Of a stretch of DNA of 34,465 nt, positions 1 through 7,600 are shown piece after piece (position 1 is the stretch's first letter; each line of letters begins with the position of its first letter). This stretch comes from an uncultured Verrucomicrobiales bacterium (GTDB lineage Bacteria > Verrucomicrobiota > Verrucomicrobiia > Verrucomicrobiales > Verrucomicrobiaceae). A program made the position numbers and the translations under genes. The DNA lies in assembly GCA_963976915.1 (NCBI GenBank), contig CAXBNA010000040.1:1-34465 (forward strand), in the 5' to 3' direction. Below the pieces are notes generated by a model. It saw only the letters and a program-made list of their open reading frames with translations, made no database searches and was not told where the DNA came from.

Positions 1-1431
1 GACGGAGTTCAGTCCGTAATTTGAGAACGAGGCTCGCGTCCTGTCTTGTGCCATTGCGGCAACGGAAATGATGTTGGGACAGTCGTACGATGCCGGGTAG
101 GCAGGTTGGCTGTCGGTATCCTGTCCGGCGTTGCCCGCAGCAGCGATGAACAGAAAACCCAAGTCATGGCCTTCTTCAATCTTGGTCTTCAGGGATGAGC
201 TGTAGCCTCCTCCTCCCCATGAGTTGCTGGTGATGGCGACGCCCTGTGTATTGGCATAGTGCACCGCGCGAATCGCGTCCGAAGTCGAGCCACGCCCCTG
301 GTGGTCGAGAAATTTGAGCGACATCAACTGGGCGCTCCAGGCAACTCCAGCAACGCCGAGGGTGTTGTTGCCAACCGCTCCGACAGTCCCCGCGCAGTGG
401 GTGCCATGGTAATGGTCATCCGAGGGGTCATTGTCGTCAGCGACGAAATCCCAGCCATAGACGTCATCGACAAACCCATTGCCGTCATCGTCGAGACCGT
501 TGTTCTCGCGTCCAGATCCGGATTCGCCCGGGTTCAACCAGATGTTGGCCGAAAGATCTGGATGTTGAAGGTCAATGCCGGTGTCAATGATGCCCACCAC
601 AACGCTGGAAGAGTCGGTCGTTGTATCCCAAGCCGTGGGTGCACCCATATCGAACATCCCCCAGAGTTGATTGAAGTCCGCATCATCCGGGGTGGTGGCG
701 GTTGAAAAAACCAAGTAATCAGGTTCCGCTTCGAGTCCATTCGAGGACAGGCTCTCCATGGTCTGCCGCAGAACGTCCTCTTCTTGCTCGTAGACCGTTT
801 CAAAGTCGTTCGCGAGTTGGAGCAATCCGGTTTCCCCCTCAATCAACCAACTGAATCTTGGATCGTGGACGAGTGGTGCCAAGGCGACGGCACTCCCGGC
901 CTCGACGACAAGGTGGTCGGCAACCATCGATGCTTCGTGAAAGAGCACCTCGCTCCCATCGGGGTTGGTGTAGTACACCTCATCCACCCTCAGGTGCGGA
1001 TATTTGAAGGATGGGGAAACGAGGTAGCGGGTTCTCCTCAGCCACTCGACATCTTGGCGGGGCAGCTTGGGTTCGCCTTTCATGGGAACATACTTGGACA
1101 CGGTGGAACGAACCAAGCGGCTCTCCCGAAGGAGCCCTTGAATCTCCTTGGAACGTTTTTGATCACCCTTTGAGGTATGGGAAATGTTGGGATTTGCCGA
1201 GGGTTCCCGCGTCGGGACCGCCTGCACGATGGAAGGGGAGGGGGTCTCCGATGGAAGTGGATGTTCCTGCATGGAATCGGGCGCCTTTCGGAGAGCTTCG
1301 TGACGCTTCTCCAACTCGACCATTTCAGGTGTCTCCTGCGGCTGGAGCATCCAAAGGCCTCCGAGGATGGCCGCGGCAATCAGGGCGGCGCTTAGCGCCC
1401 GCTTGGGTTGGAAGGAGTATCGTGTATTCAT
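1..1431 (-). CDS. S8-family subtilisin-like serine peptidase. N-terminal part only; the C-terminus, including the catalytic Ser, runs off the left window edge.
   Basis: Translating the minus strand by hand from the ATG at 1429-1431 gives MNTRYSFQPKRALSAALIAAAILGGLWML (signal-peptide-like). Further on come the catalytic Asp motif VVGIIDTGID and the His motif DDHYHGTHCAGTVGAVGNNT (positions 361-420), then AAAGNAG and SNSWGGGG. The frame stays open to position 1. This ORF is missing from the supplied track, presumably because it is edge-truncated. Confidence 0.85.
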   Translation of the reverse strand, partial: MNTRYSFQPKRALSAALIAAAILGGLWMLQPQETPEMVELEKRHEALRKAPDSMQEHPLPSETPSPSIVQAVPTREPSANPNISHTSKGDQKRSKEIQGLLRESRLVRSTVSKYVPMKGEPKLPRQDVEWLRRTRYLVSPSFKYPHLRVDEVYYTNPDGSEVLFHEASMVADHLVVEAGSAVALAPLVHDPRFSWLIEGETGLLQLANDFETVYEQEEDVLRQTMESLSSNGLEAEPDYLVFSTATTPDDADFNQLWGMFDMGAPTAWDTTTDSSSVVVGIIDTGIDLQHPDLSANIWLNPGESGSGRENNGLDDDGNGFVDDVYGWDFVADDNDPSDDHYHGTHCAGTVGAVGNNTLGVAGVAWSAQLMSLKFLDHQGRGSTSDAIRAVHYANTQGVAITSNSWGGGGYSSSLKTKIEEGHDLGFLFIAAAGNAGQDTDSQPAYPASYDCPNIISVAAMAQDRTRASFSNYGLNSV

Positions 1432-1555
1432 CGGTTTGCTAGTTCTCACTGGTACTGGCGGATACCCCTCCGGTTCCGGGATGTAACAAACTTTGTCGAA
1501 ATCAGAGGCTTTTCGATGTGAGCCCACGCTGCACGACGGGAAATGACCTGCGTAG

Positions 1556-1796
1556 TGTATTGATGATGATGAGATTGAAGATCCCTTGCTGCATTTGCTG
1601 GTGATCATGACGATGCAGACATGAGTGCGCCTCTGCCGCGAGCACCTCGATCACAATCGACCGGCTGTTCTTGAACCAGTGCGGCACCAATGATCTGTGG
1701 ATCGCCGCCGCCAGCCTTGCGCACGGCCTCCCGCTTGTGACCAACAACACAGCCCACTTCAGTCGCGTGCCAGGTCTAGCCTTGGTTGGTTATTGA
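1556..1796 (+). pseudogene. Decayed PIN-domain (VapC-type) toxin remnant. Only the C-terminal ~60 codons are in frame, with no start codon.
   Basis: The frame ending at TGA 1794-1796 reads ...ITIDRLFLNQCGTNDLWIAAASLAHGLPLVTNNTAHFSRVPGLALVGY*. This is the characteristic VapC C-terminus (D-x-W-IAA..A..HG..LvT.N...F..v.GL). In-frame stops at 1602-1604 and 1608-1610 cut it off, and the upstream frames are scrambled (DDDEIEDPLLHLLVIMTMQT in another frame). No partner antitoxin ORF is recognisable. Confidence 0.45.
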
Positions 1797-1857
1797 GAGG
1801 GCGTCATTCCACCTTGCTCAAGCGTCTCGACAGGGGAGGGACAGATGCCTGGTGCTT

Positions 1858-2811
1858 CTATCGAGAATCGACTCGCGGTGAGGGGAGTCCGGCACTCCAC
1901 TGAACCTGGGCGGCCTGTCGAAAAAGGTCCGCATGGGCGTTGACGGAGGTTTCCAAGGGCTCGCCATAACCGCCACCCATGGTGATCACCAACGGGATGC
2001 TCCAGGCTCGGGCAAATTCGAAGACCAATTGGTTTCGGAACTGCATGCCTTCGCGGGTGAGATCGAGGTGCCCCAGTCGGTCGGTGGCAAGGGCGTCGAC
2101 GCCTGCCTGGAAGAGAATGAGGTCGGGGAGTTCACGGGTGGCGCGCTGGGTGAGAAAGGCGGTCAGCCGATCAAGAAAGAGGTCGTCGGTGGTGCCTTCG
2201 TCGAACACTTCGTCATGATCGGACTGGGTTTTGCGGAAGGGGAAGTTCTTGCCGCAGTGAAACGAGACGGTCTCCACGCTTGGGTCGTCGGCAAAGATGG
2301 CCGCAGTGCCATCTCCCTGGTGAACGTCGAGGTCGAGGATCAGGACATGGCGAGCCCCATGGTCCCGTTGTGCGATCCGGGCGGCGATGGCGAGGTCATT
2401 GAAGATGCAGTAGCCCGAGCCGAAGTCGCGGTAGGCATGGTGGGTGCCGCCTCCGAGATTGGCTGCGATGCCGCCTGTCGTCATCACCCGACGCGTCGCC
2501 TCGACCGTTCCATGGGTCAGAATCAAGGTACGTTGGACGATGGCCGACGTCCATGGACGCAGTCCGATCCGGCGTTCGGCCTCCACGCTCAGGGAACCAC
2601 TGAGGAAAGCGCGACAGTACTCCCTATCGTGGGCCAAATGGAGCAGGTCTGGGTGCAGCGCTGAGGGTTCGAAGAACTCAATGCTCCCTGCATCGACCTC
2701 AGGTGCCAGGTTCTGGCGGACCTCCCGGTATCGCGCCCTCGGGAAGCGTGCTTCGGGATCCAAGCCGTCGGTATAGATGGGAGAGTACCAAATGGGTAGC
2801 ATGGCGGTCAC
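1858..2811 (-). CDS. Histone deacetylase superfamily protein (AcuC / acetoin-utilization-type deacetylase/amidohydrolase).
   Basis: 317-aa ORF with HDAC-family signatures: GGGTHHA, FGSGYCIFNDLAIA, LDLDVHQGDGT, and GGGY near the C-terminus. Confidence 0.85.
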   Translation of the reverse strand: MTAMLPIWYSPIYTDGLDPEARFPRARYREVRQNLAPEVDAGSIEFFEPSALHPDLLHLAHDREYCRAFLSGSLSVEAERRIGLRPWTSAIVQRTLILTHGTVEATRRVMTTGGIAANLGGGTHHAYRDFGSGYCIFNDLAIAARIAQRDHGARHVLILDLDVHQGDGTAAIFADDPSVETVSFHCGKNFPFRKTQSDHDEVFDEGTTDDLFLDRLTAFLTQRATRELPDLILFQAGVDALATDRLGHLDLTREGMQFRNQLVFEFARAWSIPLVITMGGGYGEPLETSVNAHADLFRQAAQVQWSAGLPSPRVDSR

Positions 2812-2966
2812 TGATTACGCTCGTCGCAGGGGACAGTCGTCGCAGGGCGTTCAAAGGTCAGAGCTTCAAGATTGCAAAAAAGTGAACGAAATAGAACAAA
2901 AGATGAATTGGATAGAACGCAGCCGAGGTGTGATGAACGGATCGTCACGATTCTGACCCTACATTC

Positions 2967-3947
2967 ATGGATTTCTTTTCAGCTGTTCAGGCCAATCTAC
3001 TCAGCCCCGCGGTCCTCTTCTTTGGCCTTGGTGTCTTCGCCTCGGTCGCCAAGAGTGACCTCAAGTTTCCCGAGGCGTTGTACTCGACGCTGACCATCTA
3101 CCTCCTGACCGCCATTGGATTCAAAGGAGGGGTCGCGATTCATGAGGCTGGCCTGGGTCAGGTTTGGCTGCCCGTGATCGTCGCCGCGACACTCGGCGGA
3201 TTGATCCCGTTGTGGACCTACCCTTGTCTTCGCAAGATCGGCCGACTCAGCGTGACGGATGCGGGCTCCATCGCGGCGCACTATGGCAGTGTCAGCGCCG
3301 TGACATTCATCGCCGCCACCAACTTCTTGAAGGGGATTGATCAGCCTTACGAGGACTATGCCTCGGCCTTTCTGGCGGTCATGGAGTCGCCAGCCATCAT
3401 CGTGGGTGTGCTGTTGGGAAAGGGCGCCTTGGGAGGCAAGTTGTCTTTCTCGGATCAGGGCGTCAGGCATGCTCTTCGGGATGCCGTGCTGGGGAAGGGC
3501 GTGCTGCTGTTGATGGGTGCCATGGTGATTGGTGGAATCAGCGGGAAGGCTGGCATGGCCTCGGTGGAAGGCTTCTTTGTGACGCCTTTCCAAGGGGTGC
3601 TGGCGCTGTTTCTCCTCGAAATGGGCATGGTGGCGGGACGGCGCTTGGGCGACCTGAAGAAGGTGGGTTTCTTCCTCCTCGTCTTTGGAATCCTGGCACC
3701 CCTGGTGCATGGGGTGGTCGGCGTCATGGTGGGCTCTGCCGCAGGGCTGAGCACGGGTGGCAGCATGCTGCTCGGGGTTCTTGCAGCCAGTGCCTCCTAC
3801 ATCGCCGCTCCCGCAGCCGTGCGGCTGTCCCTGCCGGATGCCAATCCGACCTATTCTCTGACCGCCTCGCTTGCGATCACCTTTCCCTTCAACATCATCG
3901 TGGGCATCCCCCTGTTCTTTGAAGTCTCCAAATACGTTCACCCCTGA
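2967..3947 (+). CDS. sbtA: SbtA-family (DUF897 / Sbt_1) membrane permease. It is homologous to the cyanobacterial Na+-dependent bicarbonate transporter.
   Basis: 326-aa polytopic membrane protein. N-terminus MDFFSAVQANLLSPAVLFFGLGVFA, then DAGSIAAHYGSVSAVTFIAATNFL...ESPAIIVGVLLG. This is recognisably similar to Synechocystis SbtA (MDFLSNFL...SPTLAFLIGG...DALATGGLFGAVSGSTMAAALTTL). A PII-like gene follows 6 nt downstream. Confidence 0.85.
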   Translation: MDFFSAVQANLLSPAVLFFGLGVFASVAKSDLKFPEALYSTLTIYLLTAIGFKGGVAIHEAGLGQVWLPVIVAATLGGLIPLWTYPCLRKIGRLSVTDAGSIAAHYGSVSAVTFIAATNFLKGIDQPYEDYASAFLAVMESPAIIVGVLLGKGALGGKLSFSDQGVRHALRDAVLGKGVLLLMGAMVIGGISGKAGMASVEGFFVTPFQGVLALFLLEMGMVAGRRLGDLKKVGFFLLVFGILAPLVHGVVGVMVGSAAGLSTGGSMLLGVLAASASYIAAPAAVRLSLPDANPTYSLTASLAITFPFNIIVGIPLFFEVSKYVHP

Positions 3948-3952
3948 ATCTC

Positions 3953-4255
3953 ATGACCCTTCATCCCATGAAACTTGTCACCATCGTCTGCGAAGCGGTC
4001 TTGGAGGATCGCGTGGTCGATTTGCTTCGAGAGGCGGGAGCGCAGGGTCATACCGCCTTCCATGTTCGCGGCCACGGACATCAGGGCGAGCGCGAGGCAG
4101 ATATCGCCGAATCCGCCAACGTCCAGATCCAAGTGATCGTTCCCCCTGCCACGGCCGAGTCGATCTTGCAGCGTCTCCACGACGAGCTCTTTGCCAGCTA
4201 TGCCATGGTGGCTTACGAGAGTGACATCCGGGTGCTCCGACCGAACAAGTTCTGA
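3953..4255 (+). CDS. sbtB: PII-like signalling protein of the SbtB type (GlnB-fold, nitrogen-regulatory protein P-II family).
   Basis: 100 aa with a PII-like beta-alpha-beta layout: KLVTIVCEAVLEDRVVDLLREAGAQGHTAFHVRGHGHQGER (T-loop-like RGHGHQGEREAD) ...IQVIVPPATAESILQRL. It sits immediately downstream of sbtA, which is the canonical pairing. It has no C-terminal CGPxGC extension. Confidence 0.8.
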   Translation: MTLHPMKLVTIVCEAVLEDRVVDLLREAGAQGHTAFHVRGHGHQGEREADIAESANVQIQVIVPPATAESILQRLHDELFASYAMVAYESDIRVLRPNKF

Positions 4256-4363
4256 TTGGGCGGATTGGTCGATGACTGTCATGAGCCGGCGCGTGGATCG
4301 AATGCTGAGCTTCCGCGACAGGCGCTCGATGTCGCTTCTCAGATCTGCAAGGAGAATCGCCAA

Positions 4364-4403
4364 AGGGGCGGGCTCAAGCCCGCACCCCCGCCGCTGTTTT
4401 TTT
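4364..4403 (+). terminator. Rho-independent terminator candidate downstream of sbtB.
   Basis: GC-rich imperfect hairpin (ggggcgggc tcaa gcccgcacccc) followed by the run gctgTTTTTTT at 4396-4403. Confidence 0.5.
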
Positions 4404-4499
4404 GGGGGGCTTCCTCACCCGCTGGGTTGTCCGCGCCGGAGCCGCTTTCCCACCGTGCCACTCATGACGCCGTAAAACGTCGCACACGGCTACCCGGTA

Positions 4500-4526
4500 G
4501 GGACGCGCTGCGTCGCGTCCCATTTT
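4500..4526 (+). terminator. Second hairpin/terminator-like element ~100 nt after the first.
   Basis: Perfect 8-bp stem gggacgcg / cgcgtccc with a 6-nt loop (4500-4521), then aTTTTg. On the minus strand no U-tract follows it. Confidence 0.4.
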
Positions 4527-4590
4527 GAGAGGGAGGAGATGGTGGGTGAGGATGGACGTTTGTGTTGAGAAGTCTGACGAGGAAAGTTTG

Positions 4591-4610
4591 GGCCGGGGCA
4601 CAGCCCGGCC
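4591..4610 (-). terminator. Possible terminator hairpin for the por gene.
   Basis: 7-bp GC stem ggccggg / cccggcc, 30 nt downstream of the por stop on the minus strand. Only a weak T-run (aaactttcc) follows on the transcribed strand. Confidence 0.3.
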
Positions 4611-4641
4611 CTACCGGGTGTGGGACGGGCTGAAGCCGAGA

Positions 4642-7600
4642 CTACTTTGTTGCTAACTCCGCCTCATAGAGCTCCCTCGTCTTTGCACGGAGGTCTTCGA
4701 CACTGAATTCGCCTTGGTCGACCTTGGCGAGGAGGGTGCGTTGGGCTTGGTAGTCGAGGTTTTCCTGGCCGGCTTTGCTTTGGAGCATGCGCCAGGCTTT
4801 GCGGCGTTCGACGGCGAAAAGGACCATCTGGCGACTGACGGCGTAGTGCTTCAGCTTGCCGTTCACCTCGGCCTTGATGAAGACGCCGAAGTCGGGGACG
4901 AAGGCGCGGTGCTTCGGATCGAAGATGCGGCGCTTGACGACGTCGTTCTGCGTGATGCAGACGAGGATGTCGTCGAGGTGCATCATGTCGGCGGTGTCTT
5001 CCTCGCTGATGGCCTTGAGGTGCTTGCGGAAGCGGGCCTCGGTGAGCGCCCAGTGGGCGACGGTGTAGTTGTACTTTTCCTTGTTGGAGTACGCGGCCTG
5101 CCACCAGTCGCGGTTGATGGTGGGGTTGCCCTTCACGTCGAGGCACTCCTGCGAGGTCTCGCCCTGCTGGGGATCGTAGATGAACTCGGGCATGCCGCGG
5201 CTGTCGCGCGAGAGCTTGGCCTGATGGGCGGACATGTTGTCGCCGACGCCGTGCTCGGGCTGGCAGGTGGTGTAGGCCTGGAAGAAGGCGGTGCCGCGAT
5301 ACTCGAGGCCGTCGAGCAGGGCCTTGTAAAGCTTGGCCGCGTTGGCGATCGAGACCTGGGCGACGAAGGGCGATCCGTGGCCGGCGGTCAGTGCTTCGGC
5401 GACGGATTTTTTCTCCGTCAGCTTGCCCTGGGAGGCGCGGCCGAACTGGTTCATGTCGTAACCACCGAGCATGGTGGAGCTGTCGCTGTTCTGGCCGCCG
5501 GTGTTCGAGTACACCTGCGTGTCGAGCATGATGGCCTTCACGTTGGGCCGGTTTTGCAGCATCACCTTGGAGAGGTTTTGGAAACCGATGTCGCCCAGCG
5601 CACCGTCGCCGCCGACGATCCACACCTTGGGCAGTTCACGGATCTCCTGGTCGGTCATCAGGGTCTCGGTGAGGTGGGTGAGATCCCAGTCGTCGATGCT
5701 GGAAAACTCGGCGGCGGAGTCTCCGAGCAGCACGTCGGCCAAACGTTCGGGGGCGACCGAGCGGCGCGCGTGGTTGAGCAGGAGGCTTTCGGCCAGCAGC
5801 CAGGAAATGGTGGAGCCATCCTGGAACAGGCTGTTCATCCACGGATACGGGTGCGGATTGGACGGCGGCGTGGAGCCATAGACCGTGTTGCAGCCGGTGG
5901 AGGCACCCATGGCCATCACGGACATGCCGTTGTCGAGGCGGCCATCGGTGGCCTGAAGCTTGAAGTGGTTGAAGGCGTCCTGATTCATCACGGCGCAGAG
6001 TCCGTCGATGAGTTCCTCATCGCTGATGGGACCGTGGTCGGCGATGCGCTTCTCGGTGTCGGCATCGTCCTCGCCGCCGAGTCCCATGACGATGTGGGCG
6101 AAGCTGCGCTTGAGGCGTTGGTAGGCTTCCGCGTCGGAGGCCTTGAGCGTCGCGAGCCGTTGCACGCCGTCCAACTTCAGGCGACCGGCCTTGTCGTAGA
6201 GGCGGTTGGCCTTGCTGTGATAGAGCGGGCGCATGTAGGCCTCGGTGACGGAGGCGATGGCGCGGAGGATGCTCTTTTCTCCGCACCCGGCGCAGGCACC
6301 ATCTCCGGAGACGAGGGCCTCGTAATTTCGGCGGACCATGAGGTGGTTCCGCAGCGCGGCGGGGCGACTGTCCTGCGGAGCGTCGTCGTCGTAGAGGCCG
6401 AGGTACTTCTGCGGGGTGTCGGGAAGGAGACGACCGAAGATCTGGGCGGAGGTGAGCTGGTAGTTCAGTTCCTCGGTGTCGGGCACCATGCGCAGCGCAT
6501 CGTGATCGCCGCACTGCTCGACGCACTCGCCGCAGCCTTTGCAGAGGTCGGAGACCTGGATCATGAAGACGCCTCCTTCGCCGGGGCTCTTTTTCTCGAT
6601 CGAGCGGAAGATGGCGGGGACGTTGCCATAGGCGATCGGCAGAAGATCCATGATGGCGTTGAGCTCGTCCTTGGCCTGCTGGCTGATGCCGTGGTTCAAA
6701 CCGGCGACCTGTTCGCGGACGATGTCCTTGAACGGCAGGCTCTCCTTGGCCGCCACGGCGGCGACCATTTTTTCACGGGCGCCGGCATCGATTTCGGGGA
6801 TGGCGGCGAGCAGCTTCTTCCGGTCGTCGGCAGCGCTAACGTAGTTCATCACCGCCGTTTTCAGGACGGTGGAAACATCCTGCGCGGTATTGGGCAGCGC
6901 GGTGTCGGGACAAGCGGTGATGCATTCCATGCACTGGGTGCAGTTTTCCGCGATGTACATGGGTGTCTCGCGACGGGCGACGTACTTCGACTGCGTGGCG
7001 CCCGTTCCGGCAGCCATGACGCCGACGGAGGCCAGCGCTCCAGCGGGCTGGTGGTAGCCGAGGCCGTGGCGGTATTCCCCGTCGAACTTGTCGAGCGTGA
7101 AGACGGGAGCTTTGGCCGGTTGATCGGGGTTGTGTGAAATGGCTTTCAGGGACGGTGCAAACACCCCTGCGGTGGGCAGGATGGGATGCGCGTCAACGGG
7201 CAAGACGGGATCGAGGCGCATGGAGGAACGGTCTTCGTCCTCGTCTTTGCCGTATTGAATCTCGACCAGGCGATTGAAGGCCTCGATCATGACCTTCATG
7301 TTCGATTCGACAACGGCGTCGCCGAAACGGCCGAACTTTTTCACATACTGCTTCCGCACGAGTTCCTCGAACTGATCGCGCGAGATGCCGTACTCCTGGA
7401 GGAAGGGCGACACGGCGAAGAAGGCACCGAGGAAGGCGTTGCCCTGCATGCGCAGTTGGAGATCGGGCCGCTCGGTGGCTTCCTTGGCGATGGCGAAGCC
7501 GGGGAGGAGGAAGACGCGGATGTGGTTGTCGCGGACAAACTGGCGGTACTTCTGCGGGATGCGTTTCCAGGCCGTCTCGGGATCGTCGCTGGATTCCCAG

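Noticed and set aside
259-842. Plus-strand 148-aa ORF and minus-strand 102-aa ORF in the first kilobase.
   Set aside because: Both overlap the S8 peptidase gene. That gene reads in a different minus-strand frame and carries the DTG / HGTHCAGT / SNSWGG motifs, so these are shadow ORFs.
1933-2664. 243-aa plus-strand ORF opposite the HDAC gene, and a 314-aa minus ORF (2997-3941) opposite sbtA.
   Set aside because: They are antisense to genes with strong family signatures. Their translations are low-complexity.
4714-7137. 807-aa plus-strand ORF, and several 100-320-aa ORFs on both strands, inside the por gene.
   Set aside because: They are antisense or shadow ORFs of a confidently identified PFOR gene. 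Their translations are Gly/Val/Asp/Arg-rich and low-complexity, which is typical of GC-rich antisense frames.
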